Shown here in pieces: positions 1-19,045 of a stretch of 64,000 nt of DNA. Origin of the DNA: Trichoplax sp. H2 (lineage: Eukaryota); NCBI GenBank assembly GCA_003344405.1, contig NOWV01000017.1, positions 1-64,000 of the forward strand, in the 5' to 3' direction. The notes under the pieces were generated by a model. The model was not told the DNA's origin. It saw only the letters and a list, made by a program, of their open reading frames with translations, and ran no database searches. Every line of letters begins with the position of its first letter. The first letter of the stretch is position 1. Position numbers and translations under genes: made by a program.

Positions 1-1250
1 TACTGAAGTCAGTACAGTACGCCGTAGCGTGACTACTGTACAGTACTGTAGTTTAAAAGTCCATTTTCTTCTGTACTTTACTGTACTGTACTTACAGTAT
101 ACTGTACTGTACACTGTATTGCGCTAGAGCAGAAGTCACATGACTTTGCCCTGTCATACAGTACTGTAGATGCAACGGTAAGATAGCACAATGTACCGTA
201 CTGTACAGTACAGTACAGTACTGTAGTGTGTACTGTACACTTAAGACCAGGACAGGACTGCTAGAAATCTACTGTACTGTACTGTACAGTACAGGACTGG
301 GAAGTTAGCACTCTTCTGTACTGTACACTGTACAGCTCCATACTGTACAGTACTGTACTGTAGATTTCTAGCTGTCCTGTCCTGGTCTCCTAAATAAGTG
401 TACTGTACAGTACAGTACAGTACATTACTACTACAGTACAGTACACAGAAGCAGAGTAACGCTTGATTTGAGTCTNNNNNNNNNNNNNNNNNNNNTACAG
501 TACTGTAGTTTAAAAGTCCATTTTCTTCTGTACTTTACTGTACTGTACTTACAGTATACTGTACTGTACACTGTATTGCGCTAGAGCAGAAGTCACATGA
601 CTTTGTCCTGTCATACAGTACTGTACAGTACAGTGTACAGTACAGAAGAGTGCTAACTTCCCAGTCCTGTACTGTACAGTACTGTAGATTTCTAGCAGTC
701 CTGTCCTGGTCTTAAGTGTACATACAGTACAGTACTGTACTGTAATGTACTGTACATTGTGCTATCTTACCGTTGCATCTACTGTACAGTACAGTACAGT
801 ACAGTACCGTGACAGCTCCGTACTGTACTGTAATGTACAGTACTGTAGATTTCTAGCTGTCCTGTCCTGGTCTCCTAAATAAGTGTACTGTACAGTACAG
901 TACAGTACATTACTACTACAGTACAGTACACAGAAGCAGAGTAACGCTTGATTTGAGTCTCTTTTGACACTGTAAGCCTGCAGCCAATTTCTCAGTACTG
1001 TTAACTCTACTGTCTACTGTACTGTACTGTACAGTACAGTATAAATCAATCAATCAATAAATGACTAACAAGACTGGATGGTCTGGTTCCGGTCTACTGT
1101 ACAGTGTACTGTACAGTGTACAGTACACTGTACAGTATTACAATTCACTGGAGACTGGAGTGGGCTGTCTACAGTAATTTGTCTTAGCCTGTACTGTACC
1201 GTACAGTCTACAGTCTACAGTACACAGTACACAGTGGACAGTACCCACTT
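1..1250. repeat. Low-complexity array of ACAGT/ACTGT pentamers (TACTGTACAGTA palindromes) containing a duplicated ~450-bp unit
   Basis: Dense tactg/cagta runs. 39-475 is repeated at 496-960 with the middle segment inverted. ORF 1078-1302 (TVQC repeats) is a translation of this repeat. Confidence 0.9.
476..495. other. Assembly gap (20 N)
   Basis: Run of n characters. Confidence 1.
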
Positions 1251-1694
1251 GGCTTGGCATCTCATCTTCTCAATAAACACCCTTCAGTTATCAATAACAT
1301 AATCAGTGACCGATCGCACTTTACTCTTCCACTCAACCGTAGTTTAGCACTCACTTCTTGCTGTAGTAAAATGATTCCAATTTTTCTAGTGATCGGTAAT
1401 CAACGCTTATTACCTCTACTCTAATATAGTATTATGACTACGTATCGTTTCCAATCGTTATCTACTTACTGCTACCACAAATCGTAACTAAAAACGCCAT
1501 CAATCCATTTTGTCCATCATTGGGTATCACTGCGCTAGCGTAGTCCAACTTCAAGAGACGTTGACGTCGACTGGCTTCCGTAACTTTTTGATTAAGAATA
1601 TCAAGGAAGAAGAAACACACACAATCGGTGGAAAATTGATTCATTTATTGTTGTCTGTCAGTGGCACCGAAGATAGAACAGCGATTTCGCTGAT

Positions 1695-8245
<6,551 letters not shown>

Positions 8246-9612
8246 TCTTTGATAAAGTGGTTGTAAAATTCGTAGAAAAGATGCCAACTATAAGTTGGCT
8301 GAAACAAGCTCATAGCATAGCTACTGCTACCTTAACTCTATGAGTACGAACATTAAAATATTTTGATTTAACCTTGGAACAACACTCGATACCTTGAAGT
8401 TATCTACCACTGGAAAGTCAGTCATTTATTGCCATGAGAGTGATTAAATGTTCATGCAAGAATTCAAACGTTACTGTATTTATACAACATTGTTGAATGA
8501 ATGTTATAATGTAAATTGTACAGCTCTATAACTTTTTACAGCGTTATTGTTCTTAAAAGAGAATGAAAAAATAATTTAGTCACTGGCGTAATCAACACAG
8601 ATGATTTTATGAATACAGATGACTCATAACAATGTAATCATTTATAATATATATTACGGTATCTCTATCACTCTAATATAAGAATATTATGTGTACCTTA
8701 CAATGTATTCTTACGTAAAGAAACTTCCATTTAATGTATGTTTCCATTTACACTTGATGAGTGAGATACAGAAAAGAATATAATTATCATACTCGACAAA
8801 ATATAATTATCCCAGAAGTATAATATGCTATACTTAAATATAATATCGTTTTTAAAATTTTATATTCACTTCAATTGAAACAATCTGATAAATCGCCACT
8901 AGTACAACGGACGAGTTCAGGATAATTGTAAATGCTCGCTTAACAAACTGTTTCAATCTTTCTTTTATTTGTACCTATATTGAAGAAGTTTAATTGTGAC
9001 GGTTGATATAGATTGCTGTACCCAATAAAAGAAATGATTTTATTATTGATTAAAAAATAAGAAACCGTAATCAATGACCATATTTATCATTGAACTTACG
9101 ATTTTATGCTCGCGATGATATCAGTTAAGGACAAAGTTTGCGACATAAATTTGTAGCTCAAGCATCTCAGTAATCACAGTCTTTCATATACTTTTACGGG
9201 TATTCGCAACGAATTGTTTTTAGATTGATCAAATCATATTATAAGTATTCACCTACTGTATTTCACATACCTATGCTGCTAATTTAAAAGGTGTCCTGTC
9301 GTACCTAGCTATTTCAGATTAATAGACACCCTAGCTGTAATTTACTGCATTTATGAATTTTAAATATATTTTTTGAATGATGACAAGTTTGGAAGCAGCT
9401 TTAATGCAATATTCTAATTTATTCAATGAAAATTCATGAGCCTAGATCCTATTTATTACATTATAATCGAACACAAAATAATCGTTATGATATATAGTTA
9501 TATGTACGCTTACTTTAGATACGATTCTTTACTTATTTACTAGGTAGTAGATGCAATGCTCTCAGTGATACGTTTGTGTACAACAATAAATTCGCTATTG
9601 GGGAGAAAAACA

Positions 9613-12600
9613 TTAGCTTGGCAACTCTTCTTTAACCGAAATTTGCTGTTTAATTTTATTCAACATTGCCATCGAAGCTGCAAGCATGTGATCTGAAATC
9701 ATGGTGCTTTCAACCTTTATAACATTAAAGTTTTCCGGATAATTCCAATAGGCATGGTACTGGTCAGTATTATATTGACTGAAATTAATGAAAAGAATAT
9801 CTGTTTAGGTTTACGTGCCTATTAATTCATTCATTATACAGTTGTACAGTAATTCCTAGTTAAACAAAACGTAGTGCTACGGTATTTAGCTCTAACGAGA
9901 AGCTTGAAGTCATCAAGAAAGAGAAATCAATGTTTTCCTTTGAAAATTCTAAGTATTAAATATATAGCAGACTTAGCTAAACAACTATAATATCTCCTAG
10001 TAGAATAATTTCATTCGTACACGTCAAAATAAAATGAAATTATTGTGTCTCTTTTACAACAGCAGATACATCAATCTTTTTTTATGTAACACTGTACTGT
10101 ATACGTTGAAAATGTTTCCTATGGCTTCTCAGCTAATTCTATGAGAAGTCTGGAATTTTTTCAATTTGGGGTAGTGTTCTATTAATTCACACTCCGTCTA
10201 ACTAGAACATTTTTTTGTAGCTGCAGTTAGCGTAGTGAAAAGCGTCGGACGTTTCACTTTGGCGATCTAAAACAGTTTACTGTCAGCAATTTACAGTGTC
10301 ACATATCCCTGAAGTACAAAATCAATAGTGGAATTTGCCAGCGACCAGTTTCTAATAGGTTTCTTTCTAGAGGTCCGTGAGTTTGCTAGGATAAAACTGA
10401 CTCTGAATTAAGTTAGTCGTCCTTGTAGTAAATTTCACTATCGACTTTGTACCTCAGTGAATTATTCATAACATACTAGCAGTAAATGCCGGCTACAATA
10501 ATATACAGCAATGGATCTGGCACATCATAGCAGGATTGCAACCTTCATTTCTATATCACATACTCGTCTGAGTTTATTGTCGTAGAATTCACTTATTTAC
10601 TCGCTCACTCACTCAGTAATTTTGAGTTTACTGTCGTATAATTGTAGAGTATCTCATAACTATATAGAAGTACATCTATCATGGAGCCAATGGCCTCCAT
10701 TTCTTAGTCATAGGCTTTACTCCATTTTTAACGCTATCCATAAAGAGCTCCAACTAGTTCTGACACTACTGATACACCCCTACAACGTCATACTGTACTC
10801 TACTCTACTCTACTTGAAGGAGAAACAGTAACTACAGTATCAGGACACGTAGCCAGCATACTGAAATACAGTATACTGTAGTAGTTTCAGTGGCGACATT
10901 TTTTCACAAGGAAGCAAAAATTCTGAAGAAAATATAAGCTAAAAGATAATTTTGGATTCTATTTCTATGAATTGCTTTAGTAAACTATTCCTACTTGTTT
11001 CTAGTCTCTTTTACTAAGTGGACAATCCGACCAGGTAGATACAGTTTAGCGGATACTAATGTCTTGACGTTAAATTCATTGAAAAAATCTTCGTCTTCCT
11101 CATCTTGGGTAATGAGAGGTAAAATGGATTTCTTTTCTTCTTTTCCCGGATCATCAATATCTTCATTTGTATCTGCAACTTCTACATTGACCTCACGATC
11201 TTCTCTGTCTTGTGACATATAATTGGAGCAACAACAGCAGCCGGCCAAAAAGACTTTATACTAGCGGTTATAAAACAATATTATTATTATATTGAAGTGT
11301 CTATTGGAACAGCAAGTTCTTATTCTTGGATACTGTAGTAGTATTACTTTATTCATGCTAGTTGCTCATTGGATCTGTAAATTCAAGTTTACCTTGGGAA
11401 TTCGACTTGATCGAATAGTCAATAGTAATTTGTTTCTTAAATCTTCCATATTTTGAAGGCTAACCCTATCAGATTGAATTTTTGAAATAACTTTGTTCAG
11501 TGTATTAACCAATGCAGTAGTAAGAAAGCAAAATTCAAACTAGAGAAGATCGAAATTTCATCAAGAATCTTACTATTAGACGTAGAAGCGAATAGGCCTT
11601 ACCTCGTTACTAAATCACATCCTGTGACTACCGAGATGACGAAATCTCGTGCGTATTTTGAAAGTTCAAAACTACAATAGGCAAAGAAAAAAGGGAGTGC
11701 ATGTATATGAAATAGGATCAAGTTTGATACCGATTTAAATGGTTTACAAGTCGAGTAGTAATAATTATTGGGACATGTCAATGATTCTCTTAGCTAAATG
11801 CTACACCTCTAATTTTTTCTATCGCATTATGCAACAAATTGCAACGCGATTGAATATTATTTTGTATCCAAAATAAAAATATTCCCAATGCAGCGTAAAT
11901 GATATAGAACATGCTGGCCATGAGAAGCCGATCATTTGAATTAATTAACAATGTACAGTACGCGGAAAATAGGACTAGGCCATTGCATACCAGCTCTAAA
12001 AGAGGTAGTTAACTTAGATGTCGTCGGTTTCACAGAACTGTAAATCTAAAAAATTTAATTCGCAAGGGGAATTATATAATTCACTATTATTGATTACTCT
12101 CATGAATGGAATGCGACTAATACATTAGTATGCTGAAATACTGTATGTACGCTGTGGCACTACATGCTAACTCCATTTCTAGAGACATTGATAGTAGTAA
12201 TGGTACCTTCAAGTATAAATAAATTACCCATGGCTCAATGCCAGGAAATGCGAGTGATAGTTAATGACAATGACGGAAATTAAATACTGACTACTTGGTT
12301 ATATTACATATGCGCATTTCAGTTTCATAGTCGTAATTTACCACTGATAAATAACCTACCTAACGAGTCCGCCAGGCGGAGAATATGCAAAACATCGTAG
12401 TTTAGGATAATCTGGTTTCATTAAAATGGATAGTATTGCTGCTACACCAGCTCCTAGCGAATGTCCAACAATAATCAAATCGTAATCCTAATCGTAAATT
12501 AAGCAATGTTAGCAATTGATATCGTTCGTCATTTGCTCAATTATTCATTTACTGTTGAAGCAGATCAAGTTAGGTTGTTATTCTCCTGCATTTATTATCC

Positions 12601-15600
12601 AATATCGATGTCACATACGCGTATATCTAGTGGTTATTTCAATCTTAATTTCTCTTATTGATCTTACCGGATGCTCGTTGAATGCAGGCTCTAATAATTT
12701 TTGGCTTTTTAATTTCTCCTTTAATACTTTAGCAGATTCACACATACCCTAGTAAATGTTATGGAAGCATTATTTTGACTAAATTATACTGAACTTGCAA
12801 TCATTTCAATGGTAATGCAAGTACACCGCATCACCATGAATCTGAGTTAAACGTATCATCCACTATTGAAATTTTACTATCTAATTGTTATCAGAATGAT
12901 GCAAAAATTCGTATATAACGTAAGGAGTGTAACATTGTTGCTTAAGTAATAAGTACCCTTTAATAAATTTAATATCATGCTGTATTATTGATTAGAGAAT
13001 CGTGACTGCTAAATAGACATAAAACGTTATAGCTACCTTATGGCCAGATGTATCGTGATATCCAGGAATGTCTAACTCTGCTGGCACCGCTAATAAGTCT
13101 GTTATTGCGTCATTTAAAGACATTGTCCCACGGATTGCTAATATAACTTTCTTCTTGCAGTGGTCATAGGCGACAAAAAACGGGAGCTCGTATAGCTAGA
13201 ATCAAGTCAAGTAGAGATTTAATTTCGTTTTAAAGTACAGTAATTACCGTGCAATTAACTATGTCTAAGTTTCAAATAGATACAATGAAATGATTAATTT
13301 TCTATCAAACTGTCAATCTTATGATTATACTGTACGGGTAGTAGTACTAGACTATTAGTACCTAATGAACAACTATTCCACTATTTGTGCATCCTAAGTA
13401 AAATCCCAAAATTTCTGTAGGAAATACGTCTATTTATAGTACTCACATCGTTACAATATGATGCAACAATAATATCCTCATCGTCAAATCCACTTTGTAA
13501 CTTTAATGCGGCGTAATTACACTCACAACAATTATCATTTATAATGATCGTGCCAGAATTGCGTAGCGGACGCGCACATGAGCAACATCTAATAAATCGT
13601 AAGAGAAGTAAAAGGAGAATAATGTTTACTAATCATGCATAACATCAGGTAAATAGATAGCTACATCTATCCAAATATTAGATTGATTTCTATCAAATAT
13701 GCCTCATTCGGTATCCCAATAGAAATTTCAACGCAAACATATTTGATACTCAACATTTCTCTAATCTATCTAGTAACCTATATTTTGGTACAAGTTTGCA
13801 AGGAGCTGTTAGAAAATGCTGTAGAACACATAATGGCCAACCATAGGCAGCATCAGCATAATGAATATAATAGGAAATGTCTTGAAGAATATTCTCTTCA
13901 TCCTACGTAAGATTTATAGAAAATATTTAAATAACAACTTATTTATCCGAATTCCTTGCCTATAGTGAACAATACTGTATCTATGGATACAGTACAAAGC
14001 AAACTAGGCAGTAAGCTTAATCTCTCAGGGGTTACTTGGGGTATTTTAGCGCGAAGTAAAAGGATTTAATTAAATAATGAATTTCTTCGATTATGTAATA
14101 TTTTTACGCAGTATATCTAAATAACAATTGTTTTATAAAATCGTTAAAACCGATAGCATCATACTACAGTAGATTTGCAAGGCAAACTGGTAATTTTCCA
14201 GTAAAGATTGACTTATCATTGCTGATCACACCGCTATGGCATCAATGTAAACGAAAAATGTTATGGGGCTTATCCAGGTTTTATTAAACGTTGAATTTAG
14301 GGTTATAAACAGCAATAGATTGGTATGCTCGTTATGCACTTCAATTATTATAAATTACATGATAACCGACTAAATAGTTCTCTATTTGAATTCGAAAGTA
14401 ATTGGTATGCCAAAACTACAGTATATAGTATTCGACTTGCTTGCGTGATATAAGCAAAAGTTTTTCCTTGTAAATTATCACTTAAGCTGGATGTATGTAT
14501 ATTAAAAGCATAGCTCTAACCCGCAGAGTACGATATTAAAAAAGAGTCTATAAAATTGGGGGAATGGACTGGCAGTAAAGTAGTTAACATTATCAATTTT
14601 TTAATTAGAACTTAAGTCTAACTGATATTATAATGTCAACTAATAGATAGATTATCGAATATTTTTAATTGACATGAGAACTATACAACAATGAACCTGA
14701 TCGATGAATTACAGAATACCAGTATACGTGTACAATTGTGGTACTGTTAGACTTAGTAGTGACTTAGATAAAAATCATGTTTATAGAACTTTGTTAATTA
14801 TTGTGCTTATTGTAGTTAGAAGAACGGAAGGCATTGGTGTATCATCTTTGCGTGAGTCTGTTTTAGCATTATACCTGGATGGAACATATTGTAATATTGT
14901 AACCAGATAAAGGGCATATTGCTTATTCTAATTCTTACTGCGTATGAGTGTGGTACATATATGTGATTAGATACTCTGTAGTTCAGTATTTTAACCTGTT
15001 AGATGGGGTTATTTCGATGTTAATGTAAAATAATTTTCAAACAAATTTTTGTCGATTAATGTGCTCGAATACATCAATTAAATTTCTGTGTTATTTCACA
15101 TGTTTGCCTATGCTTACAGTAGATTAAGTTTTGAGATTGATAAATTGCATAGATATAATTGAAATAATTGTGGTGGATAAAAAGTGCGGTTTATTAATCA
15201 GCTGTGAAACAGGCAATGAAAGCTGCGTCTATTCATTAAAGTTAGCGCTTTAAATCACGAGAGATAACTTAATGATATTATTCATAAAAAGTGAACAAAC
15301 ATTTTTCTTAATCTTAAATCTTATACCCACTATTGTCAGAACGATATCCAAGACGACAACAATGGCATATGTCAATTGCCATTTTCATTTAATGAATGAT
15401 GACGTTTGGAATTAAATAATCATCAGATAAAGGATATTAGTTTTAGATAGTTCCTCTTAATGTGCAATTTTAAAAATAATTGCTTTCCCTATACCCAATG
15501 TTCTACGACTAAATGATCTTAATCAAATGTCATACCTTGTTGCTCAAATCCATTCTTCTAGCTGGAGTAAATTGCTTTTGGATCACTTGCTGTTCAAACG

Positions 15601-18600
15601 TGATTGAATAACAATCATTTCAGATTAATTATTTGTGGAATATGACTTGTACATTGGAATTACATTACTGTTATAAATAAACTCGATTCAAGACAACAAT
15701 GAGGTTATAGACAATGTCAAGACGTTATGTTATTAAACCTAGGCAATCGGTCCAACTAATACTAAATATAGTCTATATGTACTCAAACGTAAGGATAAAC
15801 AATCCAGACACAAGTTAACTTAATCGTTTTACTGAAGGGTAATTTATATTCATCTAAAAGATGTCATTTATGCTATCGTTTTTACTGGTATTTAGAATAT
15901 GAAGTTTCGCAGCATCAATTAAATGGAAACTAGCAAAATCACACTGGATTATGTCTTGCCAATAAAATGGTACGATAAAAATCGTTTTACAAATGCGTGT
16001 TTTTACAGTTAATAAATTAAATCAGCTATACTATACTAAGAAATAAGAATTATTTCAACAAATTTGTATTACCGTTCCTCTCCATGGTAGAATATATTTT
16101 TCATCATACCGTTGTCGTTGTTGTAATAAGAATAAACCGGCTGCAACATCCGTAGGTACAGTATTTGTATTTCTGAAAAAGGTAGCGAAGATGGTCGCTA
16201 AATCTGTATAGATTGCTTGATTACTGTCATTAACTCTACTGCAGCAACACAAATGACGACATCTTGTTTCCCATACTTGCTGAGCTAATTTGTAACTAAT
16301 TGATGGATCTACGAATAGAAAATTAGAAATTTATTATAATTATATCATAAAATCGATCATCAATAGTCTATTCAGGAATTTTGATCTCAATATTTTATCA
16401 ATAATAGTACGATGCCCGTTTATCTAAACTGAATTAGTAAAATCTTTACTTATGATGCCTTCCAATATCTTCAACTGGGTTATTTATTTTCTATACGATC
16501 TATGAATGACTTCTGATGTGTTACAAGATGCTATAGATTCTTTCATTTCGGTTCGTCTCATATATTTTGAATGACTCCGCTAGTCATTCGTTTGGTGTAT
16601 AGAATAGCTAAGTTAGTCTTAGAATGAAATATTGTATATTATTGAGGTTATTCAGTAATAGCATTGGGAGCAGATTGAAGCACAAACGTTTCTACTGATT
16701 GGTCTTATCTTACTCTGTGGTATGGTAAATTAGTACCTATTAATGGCTTTAATATACAGCAACAACTATTCCATAGTTGTTGCTGTTATCTTCTCTCTTA
16801 TAGACATTTATCTAATCATTCGGTATTTATCCTCTGACAGTAAAACTTTTATCATCCTCTAAGGTATAATTAGTTATCAGTTTTAGTTATTAGTAAACTA
16901 CGTGGTTGGTATTGTTGTAGGGAATCGCAAGCCCATTAATTTTATATCCCAATCCATCACAATGAATTAACAAGCTATTTTCTTTTATCCTTGTAGTTAT
17001 CCGATGTACTACAATCTGTTTTAACTAATGTATTAATTTCACATTATAGTACTTACCCAGATTACCGTCTCGTTTAACTGATCCCAATGGATCAAATACA
17101 CAATAGGTGAAAATAATTCCAAAAGCAAGCAGGCACCAATTGGTTATCACAGCGACTTTAACGATAATGATATCTTCATCTGGGCAATGCCGACTATCAT
17201 CAAATGACCAATAAGTGCCTAAAATATTCAAGGCTATCTCGGGTATAGTAAAAAATAATCTTAAATAAAGTAAGAGCGGCATTTTCTGTCTGGCTTTGGC
17301 GTTAGTTATTGTGCCACGGCTGCTTATAATCCATGTTGCGCTGTCTATTATTAAAAGTACCACCAATAATACAATAAATGCAATCAAAAAGACTTGAATT
17401 ATTCGACCACTTGGACAGTGATAGCTACTTGCGTGAAGATGGCAGACAATACTGAAAAATATCAACCTATTATGGTATTAGGTGTCTGATAGAAATCAAA
17501 CCTAGCAAGGAATTGCAAATAAATATTTAAGGGTATTGTGAACTAATAACGGATATGTTAGACCGGATCACAAATATAAAAAGTTAGCACCTTGCAAATA
17601 AAAACAATAATAGATCAATTTGATTGATATGATATCCTTGTAGAGAAATCCGAACTTTCTTCTCTGATATTATTTAGCAATACAGAAGCATTACTTTGTT
17701 ATGATCTTTTATCTCTTAATACAATGATGGTCACATTGATCAGTTATTAGACGCTGATAACCAAGTTCTGTATTAAGACCTTGTTGCCAGCAATTCCTTA
17801 TTGGTGTCATTTGAGCAAAATGGCTCACATAGAGATCTATTTGATTCACAAACATCGAACGAAATCTTTGACAGTTTGTGTAATTGAGTTATCGGGCGCA
17901 CAATCAGATGAGAAATTAATGGAGATTTAAGCTTAAAAATTATATCCAAGTTCATCAATAATCCATATACCTTCTCCATACATTGCAATTTTTTAGAGGG
18001 CATTAAGGATTTTTATTAAGAAGTACTCGAGCTAAGCTCTCCATGATCAATCCCCTTTAATTAAGAACTCTCTAAATATTATAATGGCTTGCGGTATTAT
18101 CTTAAATTATGTGATCAAATATGATCAGCAATTGCATCTTTACGTTTCTCAGTTAAGAATAATTGTTCTACTATGTATTACTATTTCTAAATACGTGTTC
18201 TGCTACTTATACTAAATTTCCAACGAAAGTGTTTACAGTTTCTTTCCTGTTAGCTTTATACCGATTCAGCTGCCAAACAAACAATAAAGTACACAAACGT
18301 ACAGCTTAATAAGAGAGGAAATGTGACAATAGATGTAAAATTATTTGGATCAAATTGACAGCGAATAATTAATGCGCTACTAATGTACGTCAAAGACAAA
18401 TTATAACTTTTATTAAATATACGGCACGATACGTTAACTACCCTAATTTGGAAGATACTCTATACTTTTCCAAAAAGGCAATCAGCTAAAGCTGTGATCG
18501 ACTGCAAACATTGTCTCGCCTATATGTTATTTTACTACTCTTCATTTTTATTACTGTCAATTGAATTAGCGATGTAATCATTATATCGTTTTAAGTATTA

Positions 18601-19045
18601 GGTCAACGATTAAGAATGGTAAAGTAATCTAGACTAATAATATGACTATTTCAGTATCATTAATTTTTATAAGTAGATTACGCGTTTGTATCAATTGTGG
18701 GAATTCCCGCTTTTTTAAAGAATTGATTTTAACAAACTCAAATTTAAAACATCGACACACTTTTTCAACATTGAAGCCTCATGAAACATATGCTTCAGTT
18801 CTCCAGTACGATAGCAGGATCAGATACAAGGACAATAATTGTAGTAACGATATGGAAAAATTGTAATAAACGAAAACTAGATAAATTGCGGAACTAGGAG
18901 TAAAACGAATACTACTATGCCCGTATTTGTAGCATGTAAATTGTAATTACCAAATTGTTCGTAATATGAAACTGAAAAATCCAAAGCAAACCAAATCATC
19001 ACTGCCAATGCCCCAATAGCGTCCAAATGCCGTCAATGCCGGCAT
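9613..19045 (-). CDS. DAGL: sn1-specific diacylglycerol lipase paralog 1 (4TM + lipase class 3, short DAGL-beta-like tail), ~13 coding exons
   Basis: Exon 1 at 19045-18951 reads [21 protein letters not shown] exon at 17466-17057 (SSRGTI...LLYLRL...PE). Further motifs: [29 protein letters not shown]...IAIRGTMSLND; GHSLGAGVAAIL...FAYSPPGGL (~12360-12487); VVTGCDLVTR; LYLPGRIVHL. Last exon has MISDHM, with TAA at 9615-9613. Confidence 0.93.

Noticed and set aside
1-960. CRISPR-like repeat/spacer appearance
   Set aside because: Eukaryotic context, no constant-length repeats with unique spacers, and no cas genes.
1078-1302. ORF with TVQC repeats (also 52359-52556, 52494-52949 and 43794-43997)
   Set aside because: These are translations of the ACAGT/ACTGT repeat, with no protein-like features.
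10568-10645. Imperfect ~21-bp direct repeat in the last DAGL1 intron
   Set aside because: Short and isolated, consistent with ordinary local duplication.
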